Source: an uncultured Nitrososphaerota archaeon (lineage in GTDB: Archaea > Thermoproteota > Nitrososphaeria > Nitrososphaerales > CADDZS01). Taken from it: a stretch of DNA of 64,000 nt. This document shows, in pieces, positions 33,576-42,013 of the stretch (position 1 is its first letter; each line of letters begins with the position of its first letter). Where the stretch lies: contig CAWCYI010000004.1 of the NCBI GenBank assembly GCA_963799845.1, positions 1,248,001-1,312,000 on the forward strand, read 5' to 3'. Under the pieces are notes generated by a model. That model did no database searches and was not told the origin of the DNA. It saw nothing but the letters and a program-made list of their open reading frames with translations. The position numbers were made by a program, and so were the translations under genes.

Positions 33576-34007
33576 TTAACCGCCTGCATAGACGGGAATC
33601 AAATCGACTTCTGTCTTGTCTTGAAGTAGTGGATTATCCTGTGTGGGGACACCATTCACTACTATTTGCATCACTGGAAGCATCGCAGCAAGTACCACAT
33701 GTTCCTGTTTTACTTGACCCAGAACATCATCAAGATACACGGGAGAAGGTAGCGTAAAATACTCTTCCTTAGTCCGGGTCATTTGAGTAGACATTCCAAA
33801 ATAAACTATCTTTATTGTGATAGATCCAGACTGAACTGCTTGCTTGCTATTATCATTGCTATTGTCTTCATTTTCTTGTGACCCTTCTTGTCCTTGCGAA
33901 AAGCCGAGAAGCGCGGAACTCCCCAGAGCTACTAGACAAATGCCACCCGAAATTAAGATAAGTCTTTTTAGGGCACTTCTTCGACTCGGGCGGGTTTCTG
34001 ATGACAT
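33576..34007 (-). CDS. MoaD/ThiS/SAMP-like ubiquitin-fold protein with an N-terminal twin-arginine-like signal or anchor
   Basis: SRRSALK plus hydrophobic helix; IKIVYFG...IVVNG...LQDKTEVDLIPVYAGG with terminal GG. Confidence 0.8.
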   Translation of the reverse strand: MSSETRPSRRSALKRLILISGGICLVALGSSALLGFSQGQEGSQENEDNSNDNSKQAVQSGSITIKIVYFGMSTQMTRTKEEYFTLPSPVYLDDVLGQVKQEHVVLAAMLPVMQIVVNGVPTQDNPLLQDKTEVDLIPVYAGG

Positions 34008-34082
34008 TGAAATCCACATTATCTGATTAGTTTTATGACGAATTGTCTGAAGGAAACTAGGAGAAAGCAAACTCCTCCGTAT

Positions 34083-35468
34083 TTAGCCGGATTCCACAAT
34101 CACAGTTCCTTTCATCCAAGGATGGATGCTGCAATGATAGGCGTAAGTTCCCGGCGTCGTAAACGTATAGCTCCAAGTCTGTCCTTGGTTTAGAAATCCT
34201 GAATCAAACGAACCGTCGTCTGCAGTTACAGTGTGAGTTGCATCATCATTGTTTGTCCAGGTGACAGTGTTGTTTACACCGATCACTACTGTTATCGTCG
34301 TAGGTGAGTAGTACGTGGTTGTGGAATTCACTGCCGATCCCGACTGAATACTAACGGGGACTCCTGGAGCGCCAGATGTTGTCGTCAAGCCAGCAGAAGT
34401 GGAACTTGAGTTCTCAACTTTGAACACCCCAACTGCTCCCGCCTGCGCGTAAGCAAAAGCATGATTCACAAAAGGATTCAACCCGCCTGCATCTGGGAAG
34501 TACATATCAACTATGGCACCCCCGGCTGGAGGTATACTTAGAGTCTGTAATCCATGTTCTACGTTGAACGGATTCCCATCGATATAGACAGTATCCATTA
34601 TTCCACCTATGACGTGAAATGCCTCCCACAGATTGGGGCCCTCGTTGAAGACGTAAAGCCGAACCAACTCGTTTGGATTCACGACTAGCGGATTTGATTG
34701 ATACTGGAAGGCTCTCCCGTTAAAAACTACGTAATCGGGCGTCGCGGCTAGCATCTTCGTATAATTGCCGGTGTAACTACCGTCAGTGCTAGGCTGGGCG
34801 TTCAAATAAAATTCGCTTTCTATCAGCACGTAGGTTCCGCCGGGTGCAGGTGGTAAAGCCCAGCTTCCGGTTCCGTTGACGATTATGACTCCATACATCC
34901 CGTTGGCGATATGCTCCAAGACAGGTGGAACACCGCAGTGATACATGAATATCCCTGGATAGGCAGGGGTGAAGTTGAACGAGAGTGACTTGCCCGGCAA
35001 GACGGGCGCATAGACGGCAGCCCAGTTAACCTGAGCCGCGTGGAAATCTATCGAGTGAGCCATCGTGTCGTTGTTGATTAATGTGAATTCAACGTTCTCA
35101 CAGAGTGTTACCCAGATCGTGGGTCCCGGGATGGTTCCGTTGAAGCTCCAACCGTCGTATGTAACATTGTTCGCAATCTCAACTTTCGCTCTTTCGGCGA
35201 TGAGCGTAATCTTTGTGCTTCCGGCTTGAGAGTTGCAGACTGGTGTCGGGTAACCTTCCGACTGGACACCGCCCGCTTGATGTGTCGTTGTTACTGTTGT
35301 AGTAGATGCCACAGGGCTAGAACTTGAAGTGGTTGATTGGTTCTGTGCGGTCTGCATGTTGGAGTAAATTCCTATGACTCCAGCCCCTAGAATAAAGGCG
35401 ATCGTAACCATAGAGATCGCAACAACGTTTGCAACTGCAATCCTTCTCTTACTTTGGATATCGTTCAT
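34083..35468 (-). CDS. nirK: Copper-containing nitrite reductase with N-terminal TM anchor and fused C-terminal plastocyanin-like domain
   Basis: HSIDFH, YHC...HIANGMYG, FHVIG and VNHAF ligands; C-terminal THTVT...YHCSIHPWMKG. Confidence 0.88.
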   Translation of the reverse strand: MNDIQSKRRIAVANVVAISMVTIAFILGAGVIGIYSNMQTAQNQSTTSSSSPVASTTTVTTTHQAGGVQSEGYPTPVCNSQAGSTKITLIAERAKVEIANNVTYDGWSFNGTIPGPTIWVTLCENVEFTLINNDTMAHSIDFHAAQVNWAAVYAPVLPGKSLSFNFTPAYPGIFMYHCGVPPVLEHIANGMYGVIIVNGTGSWALPPAPGGTYVLIESEFYLNAQPSTDGSYTGNYTKMLAATPDYVVFNGRAFQYQSNPLVVNPNELVRLYVFNEGPNLWEAFHVIGGIMDTVYIDGNPFNVEHGLQTLSIPPAGGAIVDMYFPDAGGLNPFVNHAFAYAQAGAVGVFKVENSSSTSAGLTTTSGAPGVPVSIQSGSAVNSTTTYYSPTTITVVIGVNNTVTWTNNDDATHTVTADDGSFDSGFLNQGQTWSYTFTTPGTYAYHCSIHPWMKGTVIVESG

Positions 35469-35505
35469 GTCACTGTCGGCAGGAGTTGATAGTCATCAAA
35501 AGTTG

Positions 35506-35536
35506 TTTATCGATCATCCCTAAGACTTTAGGGATG
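35506..35536 (-). promoter_or_regulatory. Palindromic operator plus TATA-like box upstream of nirK
   Basis: CATCCCTAA-N4-TTAGGGATG perfect 9-bp inverted repeat, followed on the minus strand by ATCGATAAA. Confidence 0.7.
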
Positions 35537-35601
35537 AATCATACGTGACTCGGTTGATGATAATCAGTTGGGCGATAATTGATTTAGGGCATGCACATCA
35601 G

Positions 35602-35632
35602 TCTCCCAAACATCTTCGGGAAGATCGTTAAA
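35602..35632 (+). promoter_or_regulatory. Second copy of the operator plus TATA-like box, upstream of the hemerythrin gene
   Basis: TCTCCCAAACATCTTCGGGAAGATCGTTAAA; 23/31 identical to the nirK copy, opposite orientation. Confidence 0.65.
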
Positions 35633-35680
35633 TCGAATGTGATTTGGAGTTCTTCGTCAATGTGAGAGATGTAAAGCAAA

Positions 35681-36177
35681 ATGTTGACTACACCACCATC
35701 GCTGACAGAAGAGCACGAAGAAATCATGGGTTCGCTAGATGAGTTCTCAAGACTTCGAGACGAGACCGGAAAGTCAGTAAAGGAACTTGTAGATGTATTA
35801 GAGCCGCACTTTGGGAAGGAAGAGAGACTAGCGATGCCCGTGCTCGGAACGCTGTCGGAGCTAGTCTCAGAAGATCAAACTTCTACAAATCTTAGAGCAA
35901 TAGCCGAATCGCAGGCTGCTCTTCGGGAGGAGTACGACAACATGTTTGTGGAGCATGCAGAGCTTAGAACATTCATTCAGAATGCTGGAAGATTCGCGAA
36001 GCAGGAAGATTCGCGAAGCAGGAAAATCATGAAGATGTGGTTGACCTGCTGGATGCACTTTCCCATCATGCCAGAGTCGAGGAAGAAGTCCTATACCCCG
36101 CGGTGATGCTCGCGGGGACCGTCGCAAAATTCCTACTGCATTCTGAAGAAGATAGACAAATTCATGAAGTGACGTAA
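35681..36177 (+). CDS. Hemerythrin-like protein interrupted by a 17-bp tandem duplication
   Basis: EEHEEI, HFGKEE and VEHAEL; after removing one GGAAGATTCGCGAAGCA copy, HHARVEEEVLYP. Confidence 0.8.
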
Positions 36178-36185
36178 AATTACTT

Positions 36186-36881
36186 TTGAGCACATTTTCT
36201 CCCTTCAAAAGATGTATTATGCCCCACTTCCCTAACAGACTTGTGCTTGAAGTCAAGCTCCTAGTTGAGGCGCCCAAGGATTGGATCAAAGAAGTCAATC
36301 GAGGTCATTCCGCATTTGTCAAGATTACTGACATCAGGAGCTCGGGCACGTCTCGAGCCGTACAGAACTTTGTCGAGATTTCTTCCCCAAAGATCGGAGC
36401 TGACGAGCTGATTAAGGCGATCAGCGCCTCAAAGGACATCAAGGATGTGGACTTGGTTCGCCTAGATCCACACCGCATTGTCGGGATGATAACTACTCAG
36501 GACTGTCCAGTCTGCTCGACTCTTTCGGGCTTGAATTGTTCGATGCTTTCTGCCTCAACTAGGGACGATGGAAAGATGGAATGGAAAGTATTGATCAGCG
36601 GAGAAGACACTCTGAAGAAGATAACAGTGAGACTGGAAGCTAATCGGGTGTCTTACAAGATTCTTGGACTCACGCACCTTACAGCAAAGAACGATCTAAC
36701 CGCAAGGCAGGAGTACATAATCAAGATTGCTTTTGAACTCGGATACTTCGAGTTTCCGAAAAAGATAAAGCTTGAGGAACTCTCAACTAGGCTAGGAATT
36801 TCGCCCGGAACACTTTCCGAAATACTGAGAAGAGCTGAAAAGAACATCCTTTCCAAGTACTTCCGAGGCCATCACGAGTAG
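36186..36881 (+). CDS. Bat/HTH_10-family transcriptional regulator with a Cys cluster
   Basis: LTARQEYIIKIAFELGYFEFPKK...LSEILRRAEK; CPVC...C. Confidence 0.88.
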   Translation: MSTFSPFKRCIMPHFPNRLVLEVKLLVEAPKDWIKEVNRGHSAFVKITDIRSSGTSRAVQNFVEISSPKIGADELIKAISASKDIKDVDLVRLDPHRIVGMITTQDCPVCSTLSGLNCSMLSASTRDDGKMEWKVLISGEDTLKKITVRLEANRVSYKILGLTHLTAKNDLTARQEYIIKIAFELGYFEFPKKIKLEELSTRLGISPGTLSEILRRAEKNILSKYFRGHHE

Positions 36882-37113
36882 ACGAGAGGGAGACGGCCAG
36901 TTATCTTTGAACAGTCAATTGGCATATGAGTCCTTGAGATAGAATTTACTGAACTTTTATGAAGCCAAGGTATTTTGGCCGAAACTGCCCTCAAACCCAG
37001 ACAGATTTTTCCTTTTGAGAATGCAACAGATTAGACTCCTGGAACGTTATGATTTGCACTTACACGGGTTAACGTCCAGAAGACCGATTACGCAGGACCG
37101 GAATGGCACTCTA

Positions 37114-37917
37114 CTAACTAAACGACAGCAGAAATTCACAGTACGGGTCGCCCATCGAAGCGCACTTCACTTCTGTACATTTCATTTCGGTGGCGAATAA
37201 GTGGGTCGATAGCCCGGCAAGATGCCCTCTGACGAACTGGCTGTACGGTTTGCTTTTCTTTTCCTGTCCCATGCACTCAAAGTTCTCGTCGATTCGTATC
37301 CTCGCGGAAAGCTTCTCGAACTCGACTTCGGCGATTCTTGCTTTGCCCCAGCCGAGGGATGAGTACAGATTAACGAGGTCCTCGATACGGTTCAATACGC
37401 TTCCTTCGCCGAATATCCGGATCAACTCTTCAGCGTCGTTTTGACCCGCGGAAAATCCCTGCTTGTATAGCATGACGTCGCCTCCCGTATTGAATATCTG
37501 GCGTATTTCGTTCATGCTACTTGCGATTACTTCGCTGCGCATTACAATCGCCCTCTGTCCCTGGCTCAGCTTGAGTGGAAAATTCAGCGAGTCGACGATG
37601 AGCCCGTCATTTGATTCTCGAACCGTTATCTCAGATGCGTAAGCGGAATCCTGGATCAGTCCTTTGATCTGCTGGGCGGTCATTTCACGGTTCTGAGCTT
37701 CTACGAATAAGCCGACAGATCTGTCTACCTTGTCTTTTTCTTTGGGGTCTTCTATCCCAGAAATAAATCCGCCCAAAATATTGACCTTATATTTGGCTAG
37801 CGAAACGGTAATGTCCGCAAGGGCTCCTGGAACGTCCCTTAGTTGAAGCACGATATGGAAAAGTCTAGCACGTGGTTTATAGACGTAGCTGATAATCTCT
37901 TTCGGCACGGTTTTCAA
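37114..37917 (-). CDS. ACT plus V4R domain protein
   Basis: LRDVPGALADI...VNILGG (ACT); GWG, NFEC, RGHLAG and EVKCASMGDPYCEF (V4R). Confidence 0.88.
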   Translation of the reverse strand: MKTVPKEIISYVYKPRARLFHIVLQLRDVPGALADITVSLAKYKVNILGGFISGIEDPKEKDKVDRSVGLFVEAQNREMTAQQIKGLIQDSAYASEITVRESNDGLIVDSLNFPLKLSQGQRAIVMRSEVIASSMNEIRQIFNTGGDVMLYKQGFSAGQNDAEELIRIFGEGSVLNRIEDLVNLYSSLGWGKARIAEVEFEKLSARIRIDENFECMGQEKKSKPYSQFVRGHLAGLSTHLFATEMKCTEVKCASMGDPYCEFLLSFS

Positions 37918-38013
37918 AAGTTATTCTCGTCGGTTTTCCCAATCTATATCTGGGCCTTCCGGAGTGCTATATCTCTGCCTGCAGAGGACGAATAACTCCA
38001 GTACGAATTCCGG

Positions 38014-38331
38014 CTAGATCTCGCTTTTCTTCGCTGCGTCTATCGCTTGCGCCAAGTTACTGGCATACGGTTGGGAGATCTTGAATGAGCTCGTAATATT
38101 TTCAAGTGTGTGCATTATCACGAAGGCTGATCCAGAGGGCCCGAGTGTCTCCTTCAAGACTTCTTCGAGCCTTGAGGCGTTGCTGACAATATTTTTCTCT
38201 GTTATATCATATTCATTATCAAGGGTGAACAGCACGTCCTCCTTTTCATCCTGCCCGAGCACCAAAAGAGCTTGATCAATGCAGTCAAATATTTTCGAAT
38301 CAAAGTTCTCCTTGACCTTGGTGGAAAGCAA
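38014..38331 (-). CDS. Small helical archaeal protein (DUF3227/NitrOD5-like)
   Basis: IDQALLVLG...LDNEYDI...LEEVLKETLG pattern. Confidence 0.55.
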   Translation of the reverse strand: MLSTKVKENFDSKIFDCIDQALLVLGQDEKEDVLFTLDNEYDITEKNIVSNASRLEEVLKETLGPSGSAFVIMHTLENITSSFKISQPYASNLAQAIDAAKKSEI

Positions 38332-38659
38332 TTTCGTGACGGCCGTTACTTAGATCAATGGAATGACATTAAATTTCTGACCGTTTTGGCAATGTTCAGT
38401 CATCAAAAAATTGGAAATTGTTGATTTGGATAAAGTATGTAGGAAATACAAAATTATTGGTTGAAGAACTGATGGCGGAATGCTGGGCTGCAGCGCCTTA
38501 CTAACCAGCTCTATAAATTTGGCACTGAAAACGCTGCATTGATCGAGGAATGCCGGTACAGTGCACAAAGAGTATATTTCGAAATTCGACTAGCTGTTCG
38601 TATTCTAACTCCGTCACATTCAATATTCGCTATATCGCATCCCATGAGTCGGTGGAAAC

Positions 38660-39178
38660 TTGTCTCAAGGCCTTACGGATAAAATGGGAGATATCGGAAA
38701 TGGAATACTCGATGGAATAAGCAAGGGGCTCGACGCCATTGGTTCAAACGTTGAACAGGTGTTCTATTCTGAAATGATGCTCTCCCACAATCTCACCAAA
38801 AACGAGATTCTCGAACGGCCCGAGGAGTTTACAGAGGCAATGTCCAAGTTTTTCAGGGCCGGCACTATGCTGGTCGACAGAGCCATCGGCCGGGAAATAG
38901 TGAAGAATTTTGGAATCCCGGTATGTCCCGGTATAAATTTCAAAACCGCTATGGAGATCGTAATGAAACTTCCCGGGACGAAGAAAAAACCGGAGGGAAC
39001 TCAGGGATACGACCCCAACCTTTGCAAGACCTGTCAAAAGCTTGGAAGACCAGACCCGACGGTCGCGAGGGCGCCTTTCAGCGACTGCCAAGAGCACTTT
39101 ACGAAAAGGGTGATGGAATTGAAAAAGACTGTCACGACGGTGGGAAACCTTCACGTGAATCCCCTGTTCAATCTTTGA
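38660..39178 (+). CDS. DUF3227/NitrOD5-like protein with a C-terminal CxxC...C..H extension
   Basis: GLDAIG...ILERPEEFTEAMSKFF..G...VDRAI; CKTC...DCQEH. Confidence 0.55.
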   Translation: MSQGLTDKMGDIGNGILDGISKGLDAIGSNVEQVFYSEMMLSHNLTKNEILERPEEFTEAMSKFFRAGTMLVDRAIGREIVKNFGIPVCPGINFKTAMEIVMKLPGTKKKPEGTQGYDPNLCKTCQKLGRPDPTVARAPFSDCQEHFTKRVMELKKTVTTVGNLHVNPLFNL

Positions 39179-39207
39179 CCGCCTCGAAAATTTGGCCGAC
39201 GACTGCT

Positions 39208-39268
39208 TCATTCTTTCGATGGTACACTAGGAAATTCGAAGTTATGCATCATCTTGATCAGCCATTTG
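39208..39268 (-). pseudogene. 3' fragment of the SgcJ/EcaC (SnoaL-like) gene split by IS110
   Basis: KWLIKMMHNFEFPSVPSKE*, in frame with 40761-41124 once the element is removed. Confidence 0.85.
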
Positions 39269-39369
39269 ACTGACTCCTAAGGCTTGCTGCAAGGCTGTCC
39301 CTTCGCCTCGCGACTCCAGTCAGTGTTGGAGTCGCTACTTGTTCGTTCGCAAAATGAGGTGTAGGAGAA

Positions 39370-40494
39370 ATGATGAGAAATAAGAGTAAGAAGATTATTC
39401 GAAGAAGTATGAGTAGCAATTGCGTAATCGCAGGAATTGACCTGGGCGATAGTAGCAGCCTTGCAACCGTTCTCTCTCCAGTCGGAGAGATCGCAGACAG
39501 GTTCTCCTTCCAGATGGATGAAGCGGGGTACGCCCTGTTCTCAGACAGAATTCCAAGGGATGCGAGGTTAGCTTTTGAAGCTACCAGCTCGGCATATCCG
39601 TTCTCAAGAATGCTCAAGGAACTAGGATACCACGACATAACTGTAGCTCATCCTACTGAACTTGCCTGGATCGTCAGATCAAAGAAAAAGAATGATAGAG
39701 CTGATAGCTTAAAGATAGCCAAGCTCCATCTAGCGGGTCTGTTGCCCGAATCTCATCTTTTGGCTCAAGAGGAGCAGATAGAAAGAGACCTCTTGATTCA
39801 GAGGGTAAAGCTCGGATCAGAGATAGGTAAAATCAAGAGCAGAATCATAAGCTATCTCAAGAGGGAAGGAGTGTTCGAATCTCTCCCGAAGAGCAAAGAT
39901 AACTTCTCTGCTAGAAGGAGGGTTGCAATCGCCTCAATGAAATTCAACGATGACAGAGACCTCGTGCTGAAAACCATGGTTGAGAGACTCGAATTCATGG
40001 AGAAGCAGTGCGAGCCGTTGGAGCAGAGGATAATGAAGAACGCGAAGGACAACAAATACGTCAGGATGATAATGTCTATTCCTGGCATAGATTACTACCT
40101 CGCTTCGCTATATTCTTCGTACATCGGAGATCCACACCGCTTTCCGTCTTTTGATCACGTCGCAAGCTTCCTCGGGATAATTCCAGAGAGCAAGGATAGT
40201 GCAAACGTCAGGAGGAGAGGAAGAATGTCCAAGGACGGACCTTCCATTGCGAGATGGGCTCTGGGCATAATGACCGACACGGTGCTGCTCTACAATCCGA
40301 ATATCAAGGTATACTACAACGGCGTCAAGCAGAGGACGGGTCGCGGGAGCTACGCCCATGTGCTAGTGATGAAGAAGTTAGCTCGCATGATCCATCACAT
40401 GATGATTACGGAGGAGAACTACAAGTGGGAGAACGAGGCGCTAACAGAAGCAAAGATCTCAAGACTCGATGCCGCTGGAGGTGAATCAGCCTAG
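39370..40494 (+). CDS. IS110-family DEDD recombinase/transposase
   Basis: IAGIDLG, AFEATS, KNDRADS (DEDD); SIPGID and LGIIPESKDS. Confidence 0.95.
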   Translation: MMRNKSKKIIRRSMSSNCVIAGIDLGDSSSLATVLSPVGEIADRFSFQMDEAGYALFSDRIPRDARLAFEATSSAYPFSRMLKELGYHDITVAHPTELAWIVRSKKKNDRADSLKIAKLHLAGLLPESHLLAQEEQIERDLLIQRVKLGSEIGKIKSRIISYLKREGVFESLPKSKDNFSARRRVAIASMKFNDDRDLVLKTMVERLEFMEKQCEPLEQRIMKNAKDNKYVRMIMSIPGIDYYLASLYSSYIGDPHRFPSFDHVASFLGIIPESKDSANVRRRGRMSKDGPSIARWALGIMTDTVLLYNPNIKVYYNGVKQRTGRGSYAHVLVMKKLARMIHHMMITEENYKWENEALTEAKISRLDAAGGESA

Positions 40495-40728
40495 CGGAAC
40501 AATTGGGATGGAGTTGCAGGCCGAACCATTTGGAGATAATTGAGCCATAGAGCTTTTCCATTTGAGTGTGGCGCCCCGCCTCCGTTAAATCGTCAGAATA
40601 CGCCTAGCTTTGTACTAGAGCGTTTATCGAGTGTATGCGGAAAAGGTGAGGGCAGGTCTGTTCAGCTAGCCCTAGTCCAAACGCTAGCTTGATAAGCGGG
40701 ATGAACGATCTCAGAGATAGAGCAGGTT
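40495..40728 (+). ncRNA. Candidate bridge/seekRNA region of the IS1111-type element
   Basis: Long non-coding right end containing segments that match the reconstructed target (CCATTTG, AGATAA) and donor junction (TGAGTG, GTCAG). Boundaries not determined. Confidence 0.55.
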
Positions 40729-40760
40729 AGGCGAAGGGACAGCCCTAAGCCTTAGATGAG

Positions 40761-41124
40761 TGTTATCTTCTTTAGTCATGAAGAAATTGATCAACCCCTT
40801 TCGCAAAGGACGTGGATTGCCTGCACGATCTAGAGCTCCCGTCATGCTCCACAATAGGTCGACAGAGGCAATGGTTGGATTGACAAGTCTGATATTGATA
40901 TCCTCAATTGTTTGATGACTGTTCTTGAATACTGTTTCAAAGGACGGTGCGTGGAAGCTCTCTATACCCTGCCTTCCCTTTGCAGTCATGCCAACCACAT
41001 TCGAAAAGAAGGATTCCTCAGCGAACACTGAAGCGAAGGCATGAGCGTCGTGATGATTCCACGCATCTACGAAACGGTAGATCACTTTTCGAATGGAATC
41101 TTCTGCTTCGACAGAGTTTATCAT
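40761..41124 (-). pseudogene. SgcJ/EcaC-family NTF2-like protein, 5' part, disrupted by IS110
   Basis: DAWNHHDAHAFASVFAE...GRQGIESFH...FKNS; sequence after MTKEDN is IS-derived. Confidence 0.88.
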
Positions 41125-41534
41125 GATTCAATTTCACCGAACAGCTCCAAGTTCTTCGGAACGAAAAATTGTACAATTACTCGAACGTGTGGACAAGGAT
41201 GAAATCGAGAATTTCCATTTCCTTCGGCTAGTGTACTCTTCAGATTCTCGCCACCAGCTGGAAGGAGGGAAGTAGTTGATCATCGTTTCGTGATCGCAGT
41301 AAGTTCTTGTTGAAGCTTAAGTATGTAAGGGAGCTCCCCATCCTTACACTTTGGTGAAGACCAGCTGCAATCAGAGTCACACTTCAATATGTCGTTCCCG
41401 AGATTCGTAAGGCCACTCTTTGCTCTTGACGAATCTGAAAGCTCACTTCAAGCATGCGAATCCTGCGGCTATCGTGCCGAAAGGTTTCAAAGCAATGTGA
41501 TTGCTGACAATCGTGGGGATACGAGATTTTGGTA

Positions 41535-41807
41535 ATGTCAGTTTATCTCTGTGTAATCAAGAACGAAATGGTAGTCTACAAATCATATTTGGGACAATCA
41601 GGAACGTCTGATTCAATCCGTAGCCTTCTTCGGACTGGAGAACTTTTACCGATTGATTCGTGGTCTGAAATAGGTCTCACATATGAAAAATACAGCACGG
41701 AGGATCTTGTGCGGAATTGGAATAAGATAATCAAGGATGCAGATGGTTTGCAAGACTTGGGCAAAGTTCCTACAGAAGGATCGTGGGGAATTCTCTATGA
41801 GTACTAA
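41535..41807 (+). CDS. Hypothetical protein
   Basis: About 90-aa ORF with plausible composition; no recognised motif. Confidence 0.5.
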   Translation: MSVYLCVIKNEMVVYKSYLGQSGTSDSIRSLLRTGELLPIDSWSEIGLTYEKYSTEDLVRNWNKIIKDADGLQDLGKVPTEGSWGILYEY

Positions 41808-42013
41808 AGAAAGATGAGAGAGGTGAAAGTCGGAAAGTACCCTGTATCGAGCTAGTTCCAAATTTTCAGCTGGGTAAATTAGAATTCGTAGAATATTTAG
41901 GACAAATGAAATTCTTCCATATATAGGAGGCTTGTCAGATCATACGGCCGGTCGATTCCCTAGCCTATGCAAATCTCCCGCGGACTTACGTCGGGCCCCC
42001 TGATTGCGAAGCT

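Larger units (their letters stand above)
39269..40762 (+). mobile_element. IS110-family element, IS1111-type (subterminal inverted repeats, long right non-coding end)
   Basis: GGCTGTCCCTTCGCCT (39293-39308) and AGGCGAAGGGACAGCC (40729-40744); CTAAGGCTT and AAGCCTTAG; TG core at 39267-68 and 40761-62. Confidence 0.9.

Noticed and set aside
40711-40760. C-terminus THLRLRAVPSPNLLYL of the SnoaL-like ORF
   Set aside because: It is IS110 right-end sequence; the native tail is at 39208-39268.
41389-41535. 48-aa ORF resembling a universal stress protein N-terminus (LFALDESESSLQA)
   Set aside because: Similarity is too short to support a call; possibly a remnant.
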